Notes under the pieces: generated by a model
What the model saw: only the letters and a program-made list of their open reading frames with translations
What the model was told of the DNA's origin: nothing
The model's database searches: none
Made by a program: the position numbers and the translations under genes
Shown: positions 1-12,376 of the stretch, in pieces
Layout: every line of letters begins with the position of its first letter
How positions within the stretch are numbered: position 1 is the first letter of the stretch
From: Octopus bimaculoides
Taxonomy: Eukaryota
Assembly (NCBI RefSeq): GCF_001194135.2
Contig: NC_068993.1
Coordinates: 39,940,960-40,000,078, forward strand
Direction of reading: 5' to 3'
DNA length: 59,119 bases

Positions 1-33
<33 letters not shown>

Positions 34-36
34 GTA

Positions 37-382
37 TATACGACAAGCTTCTTTCAGTTTGTATCAAATTCACTCATCCGAAGCTATAGTAGAAGATACC
101 TGTCCAAGGTGCCACGTAGTGGGACTGAACCATGTGGTTGGTGAACCGCTAAGTTACGGAGAAATAAACACACCAACACCGGGTGTTAAGTGGTAGTGGG
201 AGACACAGAGACAGAGACACACACATATACGACAAGCTTCTTTCAGTGTTCGTCTACCAAATCCACTCTCACAGCTTTGCTCAGCCCGCGGCTATAGTAG
301 GAAACACCGAAGTTACCACGCAGTGGGACTGAACTCCTGATCCCGGAGCCATGCGTTTGGGAAGCAAGCTTCTAACCACACG
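37..382 (-). mobile_element. SINE family B (tRNA head + CORE-like segment), two overlapping partial copies
   Basis: Aligns by eye to the full copies at 49136-49533 and 41855-42502 (cttctttcagt...ctaccaaatccact...gctatagtag...gtgggactgaa). The middle part is present twice. Confidence 0.75.
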
Positions 383-452
383 TGTATGTATGTGTGTGTA
401 TTTGCGTATGTGAACATATACCTCTCTTTCACCAGATATTTGTTTTTTCCTT

Positions 453-486
453 CTGATGAAGGACCGACGTCCGAAATGTTGCGGTC
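453..486 (+). other. Decayed hammerhead-like motif (Penelope pLTR-type remnant)
   Basis: CTGATGA-A-GGAC-CGAC-GTCC-GAAA-TGTTGCG-GTC. The core and a 4-bp helix II are present, but no helix I pairing can be found. Confidence 0.45.
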
Positions 487-829
487 CCCCATTTCACCTT
501 TACAAGCGTGAAATTAATACTTCATTACATATAATTTGTATTTTCTGATTTCTGATTGCATTGCCACTGTTACACAGATAATTTGATCTCTGCAACCAGG
601 TGCAATAAACTGTTAGGCATCCAAATACACGTGGAAGATACAATACTGAATTTCTAACGACTGTAATATGGAAGCGTACATAGGAACTAAATATTTGTAC
701 GGGTGTTTATCTTAATCTCCGTTATATATATATATATATATATATATATGTTTCCACAATGTAACCTCGTGAACATCGGTGGCGATTTTTACTTCCTCCG
801 TTTTTCCCCTCCTTGAACTTTCCTTGTTT

Positions 830-857
830 CCGACGAAGAGCTCCGCTCGAAACGTCA
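830..857 (+). other. Decayed hammerhead-like motif (Penelope pLTR-type remnant)
   Basis: CCGACGA-A-GAGC-TCC-GCTC-GAAACGTC. U4 is replaced by C, helix II has 4 bp, helix III is reduced to an ACGT palindrome, and helix I has at most 1 bp. Confidence 0.45.
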
Positions 858-1235
858 TGTTCTCTCTCTGTCCTTTGCCGAGCGTCTAGTAACACAATCT
901 GTATCACGTCCTCACGTTGTTGTTTTTTGTTGTTTTTTTGTCTTTTTCGTTTTTTTAGCTTATATATATATNNNNNNNNNNNNNNNNNNNNNNNNNNNNN
1001 NNNNNNNNNNNNNNNNNNNNNNNNNNNNNNNNNNNNNNNNNNNNNNNNNNNNNNNNNNNNNNNNNNNNNNNNNNNNNNNNNNNNNNNNNNNNNNNNNNNN
1101 NNNNNNNNNNNNNNNNNNNNNNNNNNNNNNNNNNNNNNNNNNNNNNNNNNNNNNNNNNNNNNNNNNNNNNNNNNNNNNNNNNNNNNNNNNNNNNNNNNNN
1201 NNNNNNNNNNNNNNNNNNNNNNNNNNNNNNNNNNN

Positions 1236-1269
<34 letters not shown>

Positions 1270-2014
1270 CTATCTATCTATCTGTCTATCTATCGCTCTC
1301 TCTTATATATATATATATATATAACAATTGTGTCTGTTTACAGAAACGCACTTTTTCAATGGCGCCACTTGTAGTAATGCAACAGAAAGAGACAGTCTGC
1401 CTGGTTGAAAGTTTTGAACCCAGAACACTGCGTCACCAACTATGCACTATTACCATATTACATCAGATATTAGATCTAGAGTGACTCTCCACCGTCTCAC
1501 CTATTTCCACCGCCCGCCTAAACATCAAAGGAATACTGAACGTAATCTCATTCGTTTGACAGTCGAGAAAAAACTAGGAATACGATACCGACTTACAAAT
1601 TAGGTTTAGAAATTATTTTTAAATGTTATATTTCTCTCAATGTATTATTTCTTTTGTTTAGTGTTTTTTATTTACCCAAAATATTAAACTAATATTTTGT
1701 CTTTCTCTTCTTTTCGTACGCTTCTTCTTCGTTTTCCTTTACTTCTTTCTTCTTCTTCAGCTTCTAATTCTTCTACGGATACTACTGCTGCTATTTTCCT
1801 TGTTGTTGTTACTGTTGTTGTTGTTATTGTTTCTTTGTGTTGTTGTTGCTTAGTTTTTGTTATTTATTTTACTTTTAAATTTCTATTTTGTAAATTATTT
1901 TCACCTGGCGGACTTGTTGGTTTTCAACTGGAAGCACATCTGAATTCCTAGCGATAGGACTTCCTATTTTTGAAAATCCCCCACTGTGATCAAGATTTTT
2001 ACCATCAGGCATAA

Positions 2015-2049
<35 letters not shown>

Positions 2050-2490
2050 GACATACACACTTTGGTAAAAAAAAACACAATATAAACACACAAGAATTAT
2101 ATACCTACTGTGACATACAATCATAGACGCATAACATTTTACGAAAAAATATGACTTGCTCTTCAACTTCCTATTTCAATATTTATGTGTATAAGAATAT
2201 TATATATAAACTTACAGATGCACAAAGAAAGGCACTAGCATTTATTTGGGAACAAATACACTTACATTTATATACACATTATATACACTGGTGAATATGC
2301 TAGCTCTAATTCCCATACACACTTTCTGTAACTAATAATGATATTGACACACATATATACACACACAGAAGTTTTAAACACTGGCACACATGTATGCAAA
2401 TTTAAATGTTTGCGCATTAATATATAAATGATAAGAACATATATACATGCATATATACACATATATATATGTATATATATGTGTGTTTGC

Positions 2491-2554
<64 letters not shown>

Positions 2555-3222
2555 GTATATATGCATTCATGTGTATATCTAAATATTCATCTGTATGTAT
2601 GTATATATGTATGTATTCATGTATACGTGCCTTCGTCGTGTTTGTATGTCTCCATATATATATTTATACGCATAAAAGTATGTTTACAGAGACGAAATAT
2701 AAAATTGTTGACAGGTATGACATTTCAAAACTGATATTTTAGACTAACGAAGAAGAAATAAACACAAACAGAAAACTCTGTGTGTGAGTGTAAGTAAATG
2801 TGTTCGCGGTGTGTGCGTGTATGTGTGTGTGTGTGTGTGTGTATCTGTGTGTATGTGTGTGAGTGTGTGTGTGTGGGAGTGTGTGTGTGTTAGTGTATAA
2901 CTATATGCATGTGTTTGTTCATATATATANNNNNNNNNNNNNNNNNNNNNNNNNNNNNNNNNNNNNNNNNNNNNNNNNNNNNNNNNNNNNNNNNNNNNNN
3001 NNNNNNNNNNNNNNNNNNNNNNNNNNNNNNNNNNNNNNNNNNNNNNNNNNNNNNNNNNNNNNNNNNNNNNNNNNNNNNNNNNNNNNNNNNNNNNNNNNNN
3101 NNNNNNNNNNNNNNNNNNNNNNNNNNNNNNNNNNNNNNNNNNNNNNNNNNNNNNNNNNNNNNNNNNNNNNNNNNNNNNNAATCATATAAAAAGTCAAAAC
3201 AAAAATAATTACTTAACTTTGG

Positions 3223-3292
<70 letters not shown>

Positions 3293-3553
3293 TAATAATA
3301 ATTATAAATTATGATGACGATGATGGTAAAGTAAAAGAAGAAGACTCGAGATGTTTCAGGTAAAAAGTATAAAATAGTGTACTTTCTTTCAACCGATTAT
3401 TCTTAGTTCGATAAATTCGATCCTTTGCATGGATGATGTTACAAAAGTTTGCATTTGGTTCCGCATGCTTCTTCATTCATCGATTTGAGCGAAATTAATT
3501 TGACACTAGATGACGCTACTAATGTCGTCTGCGTGTTCTTAAGAGAGGCAGTG

Positions 3554-3606
<53 letters not shown>
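3223..3606. repeat. (AAT)n 3223-3301 and (GAT)n 3554-3606 microsatellites
   Basis: Seen directly. Confidence 0.95.
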
Positions 3607-3949
3607 GTGGTGGTGATGACGATGGCTGTGTAGTTTGCAGCATGGTGTAGCGCAGAGTAGAGCGACGTGGTGCGGTGTTTGTTCAACATTGTTACAGTAG
3701 ACAATCTTATTGTCATCTCTAGTCATGCTACGATGGAAAACCAAACAGAAGTCTTAGTTTAGTTGGATCGTCGTTTTTTTGTTTGTTTTTTTTTTTCGAG
3801 CTGGTGTTGTGTGCGTGCGTGTGCGTACGCGTATGCATTCGTGGGTGCGTACATGTGTGTATGTGTGTGTGTGGTGGGGGGTCGACTTTGGTTTGGTTTG
3901 GTTTGGTTTGGTCTGTGGAAATAGTGTTGTGTTCTTGGTAGTTGTATTG

Positions 3950-4780
3950 TCGTTATTGTTGTTGATACTTCTAATAGGGGTGGCAGTGGTGGTAATGGCT
4001 GTGGTAGTGGTAATGGTGATGTCCGTGGTAGTAGTGATGATTATGATGGTGGTAGTGTTGGTGGTGAAACTAACTACTGTGATGCTCGTGTTGGTGGTAT
4101 TGGCGAAGCTACTGGTGTTGGTGGTGGTCGTGATGGCGGTAGTGCTGCTGAGTATACTAATAGCAATGGCGGTGGTTTTAGTGGTCTGGGTGATAATGAT
4201 TGTAATGACATAAATAGCGGTGGTAAGGCAGCGTGATGGCCGAATCGTTAGCACGCTCGGCAAAATGCTTAGCTGTATTTTGTCCGTCTTAACGTTCTGA
4301 GTTCAAATGCAGTCGAGGTCGACTTTGCCTTTAATCCTTTTGGGGTCGATAAAATACGTACCAGTTGAGTACTGAAATCGATGAAATAGACTAGCTCACT
4401 TATCAGTCCAGAATTTCAGGCCTTGTGCCTACAAGAGAAAAGATATTAAAAGTGATGGCGGTGGTGGTGGTACTGCTGCTGGTGGTGCTGGTGATAATGA
4501 TGACAGTAATGGTGATGCAGTTATAGATGATATTGATGGTGATGGTGGTGGAGGAAGTAAGGAGTGGTGACAGGAATAGTAGTGGTGATAGTCATGCTGG
4601 AGATGGTATTGGTATAGTTGGTGGTAGTGGTGGTGATTATTGTAATAGTGATAATGGTGGTTATGGTGTTGGTAATGGCGGTAATAGTTTGCAATAAAAT
4701 ACTAGTAGTGGTTGTATTGTTGGTAATAATTTCAGTAGCAGTGAAGGGATGGTAGTAGTAGGCATAATGATGTAGATAAA
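3950..4780. repeat. Degenerate (GGT/GAT/GTA)n low-complexity tract (similar tracts at 6040-6200 and, complemented, 51880-52010)
   Basis: Cryptic trinucleotide periodicity. This explains the Val-rich and Thr-rich ORFs. Confidence 0.85.
4227..4447 (+). mobile_element. SINE family A (tRNA-derived), tail type 2, diverged
   Basis: Head ggcagcg...gaatcgttagcacg, B-box gagttcaaat, central gtcgactttgcctttaatccttttggggtcgataaaa, tail tttcaggccttgtgcct. Confidence 0.8.
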
Positions 4781-4842
4781 AGTGTTAGGATTGCTCAAAG
4801 TGTTAGGATTGCTCAAAGTGTTAGGATTGCTCAAAGTGTTAG
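4779..4842. repeat. 18-bp tandem repeat x3.5 (AAAGTGTTAGGATTGCTC)
   Basis: Exact copies seen directly. Confidence 0.95.
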
Positions 4843-5617
4843 TTGGGGTAGTAGAATAGGTTATCGCGATAATGGTGATGGCAGCGGCGGAGTAGATCCA
4901 GTTATAACCTTCGTGGTTTGGGGGTTTTATTGTGGTAGGGAGGGTGAAATGAATTGAGGACTATATTATCTAATGACTCCCTAAGTACACCTAAAATACG
5001 CCCTAAGGGAATAGGATCTATTTTGATGAAGATGTGGGTATTACTTTTAGTTGATTGAGCGACCACATAGAGGTACACTGCTGTTACTGTTGTTGTTGTT
5101 GTTTAGCACCAAGCCTATCTTATTCAAGAAGACTCATAAACAAAGCCCCACGGTACCGTTACTTTTTGCACACCCATGTTTTGTTCACTTTTGTTAGAAT
5201 TGAGAAGCAGTCTATATTACCCGTTTCTAGCGGTTTCAATACTCCTGGCACAGGCAGATGGAGGGATTCGGAATAAAAGTGTTGAAATCGCAATGTTATC
5301 TGCGTATTTTACGCGTGCACGTCCACTTGTTTCTTTTACTTCTGTTTGTTCCTTCTTTTTGTTTTTATTATTTTTCCCTATTGTAACACAGTCTAAATTA
5401 TTCTCCACACCAATAGCGGTTAACAGTCAGAAGAGATCCAAAGAGGTATTAGGAGCCAACACAATGAGCTGTAAGGTCGCTATTAACAACTACGTAAACA
5501 ATATTAAAGACAACATTTATCCAGCGAACCCTTGTGAAAATACATTCCAGGGATGAAGATCTCGTCTGTTTGTATATCTGGGATGAAATCTTTCAATGTT
5601 TCCGTTTAAAAGATAAT

Positions 5618-5810
5618 GAATCCTTGACAAAATGCTTCGAGACATTTCTTTTGTTTTTTACGTTCTGAGCTCAAATTCAGCTGAGGTTGATTTTGCCTGT
5701 CATCTTTTTCGATTTGATGAAATAACAGCCTGTCGAGTCCTGGGATAGATGTAATTGAAATCTCCGTACACTAAAAGAATATCAGTTCATGTATTATAGT
5801 AGAAAGGGTT
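5618..5810 (+). mobile_element. SINE family A, highly decayed
   Basis: acgttctgagctcaaattcagctgaggttgattttgcctgtcatc aligns to the family A head and centre. Confidence 0.55.
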
Positions 5811-6338
5811 ATACTATTACGTCTAGCAAATCGAGCGATCGCACGAACGTTCACTGATCTAAGATGGCTGTGATTTATGTTTTAATGCTCTTGTTTTGAC
5901 AGATGTCGGTGTGATCGAGAAGTCCTTTGATCTAAGAGATTCTAACCATGACCATCACCCCCTTATTTAATCTTAATGCATGGTATATCTAGGACAGCAT
6001 GTTATCAAATGTCATTCGCTCTCAATACTTATTTAATGATGAATGGGGGGTGGCAATGGTGGTGTTGGTGATGATATTGGTGGTGGTGGTGGTGATGGTG
6101 GTGGTGGTGGTGGTGGTGGTAGATGTGCGATGGTGTTGCTGGTGATTGTGGTGGTAGTGGTGGTGGGATACTGATTTTGATAGTAGTGGGTGGGGTAGTG
6201 ATATCCATTAAAATAATCAGTTCGTTTTATATGCTATTTATTTAAATCTCTTCTCTATTAGTCTATATATTTTTTCTCTCACAACATACACAGTACAAAA
6301 TATATAGGCATTCACCTAGTTATACTCTCACATACGTA

Positions 6339-6385
<47 letters not shown>

Positions 6386-6658
6386 GTATATAAATGTGGG
6401 CATGTATTCATATATATCTATAACTCTATATACGGATGTATATGTATGTATATATATATGCATATATATACACATATATATACACGCGTACATTATACAT
6501 AAATATATATATGTACATACATANNNNNNNNNNNNNNNNNNNNNNNNNNNNNNNNNNNNNNNNNNNNNNNNNNNNNNNNNNNNNNNNNNNNNNNNNNNNN
6601 NNNNNNNNNNNNNATATATATATGTATGTGTGTGTATATGTGTGTATATATGTATATA

Positions 6659-6703
<45 letters not shown>

Positions 6704-7308
6704 ACGTGTGCATGTGAGTGTTTGTGAGCGAGTGTGTGTACAAATATTTATAGATATATGATGCACGCAAGTATGTAAATCTCACACACACACACACACG
6801 CACATACGCACACACATACACACACACAGGTATACAGATAGTTATAGGTATAGACACATATTCATCAGAGAGAAAGGCACGAACAAAGCACGAAAAGAGA
6901 AAGGGATTGGACCAAACGAAACGCAAGCAAAACAAAAAAAAAAAGAAGAAAAACGAAAAATACAAAGAATAAAGAAGAAAGAAAAAAGGAAGAATGAGAA
7001 TGATTGGCATTGAAGTGAAACTAACAGCAGTTCTTTGGATGAAGCTGAGAATAGTCACATTATAGATTCTCCAGCGTTGTCATAGCTACGGCATTGTCTA
7101 GCATTATTCTCCTTCGGGTATTTCTACCTGGGAGTAGACAGTCATCGTACTGGCAATTCACTTGACAAAACAAAAAGTACGAGATCTGTTGGCAATATTT
7201 GTGATGTCCTCTCATAGAAGAGTGGCTGACTCTCATTCTTCAGCACTGACCAGCGGAGGAGCTATTGGGTTGTTTGGGACATACTAGCAACGTTTTTACT
7301 TTGCAGAC

Positions 7309-7362
7309 AATAAGATGACTAATAAGATGACTAATAAGATGACTAATAAGATGACTAATAAG
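7309..7362. repeat. 12-bp tandem repeat x4.5 (AATAAGATGACT)
   Basis: Exact copies seen directly. Confidence 0.95.
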
Positions 7363-7687
7363 TTGCAGCACGTATTTTATTTTATTTGTTTGTTTGTTTG
7401 TTTGTGTCTAGAAATTTCTATTGAAACAGATTTCATTTTTGATTTGCAAAGGGCTGTCTATGTCCTTTTACAAAGCACATTAGTAATATTGAGAATGTGC
7501 GTGTGTTTGTGTGTATTTGTGTGCGTGCGTGCGCGCGTGCGTACGTGTATGTGTGTGCGTGCGCGTGCGTGTGTGTGTACGCGTGCGTGCGTGTGCAAGT
7601 GTGTATGCGCGCGCATACATACTTTTAGCCATATGTGTACATACAAAGTATATATACATAAATAGATACATATGTATATGTGTGTAC

Positions 7688-7720
<33 letters not shown>

Positions 7721-7769
7721 TGCCTGTATGTATGTATGCATGTATGTATACTCACATAATTTTCATTTC

Positions 7770-7880
7770 TTGAAGTTTCTGTCTACCAAATCCACTCGCA
7801 AGTTTTTGGTCAACGCAAGGCTATGGTAGAAGACACTCGCCCAAGGTGTCGCGCAGTTGAACTAACACAACATAATGAAC
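7770..7880 (-). mobile_element. SINE family B fragment
   Basis: gtctaccaaatccactc...gctatggtagaagacactcgcccaaggtg matches family B. Confidence 0.7.
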
Positions 7881-7937
7881 CTACAAACATGATGCTGTAC
7901 CTCCCCCGTTTGTTTTTTAATATTATGCAACCCCTAA

Positions 7938-8358
7938 GGCGGCGAACTGGCAGAAACGTTTGCACGCCGAGTGCAGACAAAGGGATTAAGTCGATTACAT
8001 CGACCCCAGTACGTAACTGGTACTTAATTTATCGACCCCGAAAGGATGAACAGTAAACTCGACTTCAGCGAAATTTGAACTCAAAACGTAACGGCAGACG
8101 AAATACGCTAAGCATTTCGCCCGGCGTGCTAACGTTTCTGCCAGCCCGCCGCAATTAAGTTTCTGTCGACCAAGCAAACCCTTGATCGGCCGGTATTTCG
8201 TCGTCTGTCTTTACGTTCTGAGTTCAAATTCCGCCGAAGTCGACTTTGCTTTTCATCGTTTCGGGGTCGATAAATTAAGTACCAGTTGCGTACTGGGGTC
8301 GATCTAATCGACTGGCCGCCTCCCCCAAAATTTCGTGCTTTGTGTCTAGAGTAGAAAA
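7938..8358 (+). mobile_element. SINE family A interrupted by an inverted family A copy plus a family B-derived linker
   Basis: Head 7938-7970 (+), inverted A copy 7974-8150 (-), linker 8151-8190, remainder 8191-8358 (+). Flanked by the direct repeat TAATATTATGCAA at 7918-7930 and 8359-8371. Confidence 0.8.
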
Positions 8359-8741
8359 TAATATTATGCAATCCTTGATTCTACAATCTCTGACTCTGCA
8401 ATCTCTGTGCAAGAATATTATTCAGCATTTGAAAACGCCGGCCGAATCTATTTAATTAAAGGGGTGTACGGGGGATGAAAGACGCGGTCAGGGAACTACA
8501 GCATTACAAAATGCATTGATTACTCATTTCTCTGTTAAACATATACACACATACATGCGTGTATATATGTATACAGATAAATATAGGTATATAGACGTAT
8601 CCATAAAAACGTGTATAAAAGCATACATATACATAGACACACGTACNNNNNNNNNNCGCGCACACTTACACACACACACTCACACTCATACACACTCATA
8701 CACACACACATAGAGATAGACAGAGAGACTCAGAGAGTAAA

Positions 8742-8850
8742 CGAGTGTAGCCTAGTTGTTAAGGTGTCATACATATGAACGTTAAGTCATGAGTTTGATT
8801 TTCGCAGTGAGTAGAGTGTGGTGCTGTAGAGAGTTGCTTACACTCCTCGC
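8742..8850 (+). mobile_element. Decayed tRNA-derived SINE head (family D-like)
   Basis: gtgtagcctagttgttaaggtg...gagtttgattttc resembles degenerate A and B boxes. Weak match. Confidence 0.35.
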
Positions 8851-8959
8851 AAATCCAGATAATTTCCGATCTTATTAACGAGGTTGCGCATGAGGTACTT
8901 CATACTCATCTACATACACCACTCCCTCTCTATCAACACATATATAAACCTCTATCACA

Positions 8960-9010
<51 letters not shown>

Positions 9011-9052
9011 CAGGAGTTTTTAAGTTTTTGTCGGCCAAATTCACAAATTAAC

Positions 9053-9268
9053 TTTCTTATTTTTTTATTGCCCACAAGGGGCTAAACATAGAGGGGACAA
9101 AGAAGGACAGACAAAGGGATTAAGTCGATTACATCGACCCCAGTACGTAACAGGTACTTATTTAATCGACCCCGAAAGGATGAAAGGCAAAGTCGACCTC
9201 GGCGGAATTTGAACTCAGAACGTAGCGACAGACGACGAAATACCGCTAAGCATTTCGCCCAGCTCGCC
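9053..9268 (-). mobile_element. SINE family A, tail type 1, embedded in decayed family B sequence (about 9007-9400)
   Basis: Near-consensus reverse complement of the 41881-42111 copy, with a head deletion. Confidence 0.9.
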
Positions 9269-12200
9269 GCAATTAAGTTTCTGTCGACCAAACAAACACT
9301 TGGCCGGCCGGTGGTTATAGTAGAATACACTCGAGCAAGATGCCATGCATTGGCACTGGACTCCATATCCGGTTGATAAGTAAAGTATATAATAGATAAT
9401 AGTGATACAGATTGTAAATACTCTTGTCTCCACATAGTAAAAGTTTAAAAGATCCTCCCACCCATCTCACACAATTGTGTCTATGAAACATTATGTTGTT
9501 AATATATAAGTTTATTTATTTTCCTTTTTATTGCAGCAGTTCCATGGCTGAGGCTACCACCACCAGACTGAATCAGAGAATTTGGGTGGCATTTTTACCA
9601 TGTTTCGTTTGTGTATGTATGTGAGAGTATATGCATATATATCCGTGTGTGTGCCTGTGCGCGTATGTGTATGTATATAGAGATGCAGAGATAGAAAGAT
9701 ACATTCATATATGTATGAACATATATAAATATATATAAATATATAGATAGATAGATAGATATGCACATATATATACATATATATATTTATATGCATATAT
9801 ACATACACAGACGCACACACATATACGTATATATATATATATACACATATTGATATAATGTANNNNNNNNNNATATATATATCAATGTATCAATGTTATT
9901 ATCACCTACGAATGCAGAATGCACGTGGAAATATTTCATCTCAAATTGAAACACGTACAAATAATGTCATACAGGCATTGATGCTGTGTGTATTTCTGTT
10001 TGGAATCATATTGACGCTGATAGAAGACGTGGAAGGTATTACCATAAACATTTGAAACAAAAGCTATAACCACTAAACTACCTTATTGATTGTCCATCAC
10101 CCCCACCATCACTAACACAAACAGCAACAACAACAGCGGCAGAACCACCACCGACCTCCATCTAATATGAATATTAGTTATCTGATTTCAATTCTTGTTG
10201 AACTCCTTTTATTCCATAAAATAGTCTTTGATTTATGGATGTGTCTCGTCACGTAGGATATGAGAATCAATAACACTGAAATAAAACTATATTATAAATA
10301 TCATTTATCTACTTATCCATCTCTTTTTCCAGTTTGTCATCGGTCCACCCCTGTCATCTTTCTTTTTTATTTTATTTTTATTTTTATTTTTATTTCCCCC
10401 CCATCCCCACTCTTCTACCTTACCACCCGGCACGCGTCAATCACACTCCCGTATTAGCACTTTCAACAGCACATCATCATCTTCACATCACAAAATCGCC
10501 ATTAACCTCCGCCAACACCATTACCACAAATACCACCACCACCACCAGCAACAACAACAAAAACAATAACGTTAACACTAGCACCGCTTTCCTCCATCGT
10601 TCTTTAGCGCACAAACGCATTCATATACATATAAAAGTGTAGCTCAAACTCAATCGTAGGAAGCAAGGACGATCATTAAGCATAAATGTAGCCATTACTG
10701 TAAGCTGTCTAATACAAGCGAATAGAACTTGAGAGATGATGGACACGATACATGATAGACAGAGAAAGAGAGAAAATGATGCTTTTTGTTCATTAGTACA
10801 TATCTGGCAAAGGATCAGTGCAGCTAGTAACCGAAAATGTACCACTTACCTTTATGTACTTAACATATCATCACTAAAAGTTTATTATATCTTACAGACT
10901 GTGTCATATTGGCAAAATTCGGTGTCGTGCAAAACCACAATCCGTGTTTGCTAACCTCTCCACTTACCGAAGTTTTGATACATATCTTCAATGTCCAAGC
11001 TGTTTATTAAAGATGTTGTCATTCATAAAGATAACCGATAAAACATATACATACGTATATATATATATATATATNNNNNNNNNNNNNNNNNNNNNNNNNN
11101 NNNNNNNNNNNNNNNNNNNNNNNNNNNNNNNNNNNNNNNNNNNNNNNNNNNNNNNNNNNNNNNNNNNNNNNNNNNNNNNNNNNNNNNNNNNNNNNNNNNN
11201 NNNNNNNNNNNNNNNNNNNNNNNNNNNNNNNNNNNNNNNNNNNNNNNNNNNNNNNNNNNNNNNNNNNNNNNNNNNNNNNNNNNNNNNNNNNNNNNNNNNN
11301 NNNNNNNNNNNNNNNNNNNNNNNNNNNNNNNNNNNNNNNNNNNNNNNNNNNNNNNNNNNNNNNNNNNNNNNNNNNNNNNNNNNNNNNNNNNNNNNNNNNN
11401 NNNNNNNNNNNNNNNNNNNNNNNNNNNNNNNNNNNNNNNNNNNNNNNNNNNNNNNNNNNNNNNNNNNNNNNNNNNNNNTATGTATATATATATATATGTA
11501 TATATTATATATGTATATGCATATTTATATGTATGTGTGTGTGTGTGTGGTGTGTGTTTGTGAGTGTGTGTATGTGTGTGTGTGCGTCCGCGCGCGCTTG
11601 TGTGTATCTTTGCATCTCCTACAGGCAATAAGACGTTCTCAGAGAGCCGAATAGGCTCACAAACGTTGCCCCTCTCCCCGCACACCTCCCACATCACCCC
11701 CAAGTATATCAAGCCAATCTTTTCAATATGCTATACAAAATATAACTATTTTTTTTTCCCGCGCCAAATAACATCTTTTAACAAATATATTGCGATAAAT
11801 CTATAAATGTTCACCAAAGTAGAATCGAAATGATAGAAAAATAGTTAAGCGATTTTATTGGTTCCAGTTAGATACAAACACACACGTTTATATTTCATAC
11901 ATATACTGATACTAACGTACAGGCTTGTGATCTCCCAAACACACACAGAAATGCATACACGAAAACATACATATACATACACAAACAACAGTATTTGTGT
12001 GTGTGTATATATGTAAGTGTTCGTGAGTGTAAGTGTTTGCGAGTGAGTTTTCTAGTGTATTTGTGTGCGAATGTGTGCGAATGTGGTGATAATTCAGTAA
12101 TATATATGAATACTTATGTATATATATTATGTACGTGTAGATGTATATTTGTGCGCGAGTGTGTGTGTGTGTGTGTGTGTGTGTATCAGCGTGAGTGTGG

Positions 12201-12339
12201 GTGGGTGGGCTTCAGTGTGTGTGTGTGTGTGTGTATATTTACATATAAGTATATTTGTTTATAAATATTTACATACATATGTATACATGCCTTTATACAG
12301 AACTGTATGTACATGAATAGAAATATATACATATACATT

Positions 12340-12376
<37 letters not shown>

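Noticed and set aside
3754-4263. Thr-rich and Val-rich ORFs resembling mucins or membrane proteins
   Set aside because: Translation of degenerate (GGT/GAT)n sequence with no splice or domain support.
4779-7362. Short tandem repeats as possible CRISPR-like arrays
   Set aside because: The units are contiguous with no unique spacers, and the context is eukaryotic.
10830-11000. Two minus-strand GTAAGT donors (near 10848 and 10966)
   Set aside because: The downstream candidate has stops in all frames. The upstream 32-nt one (LDIEDMYQNF) is too short to support without RNA data.
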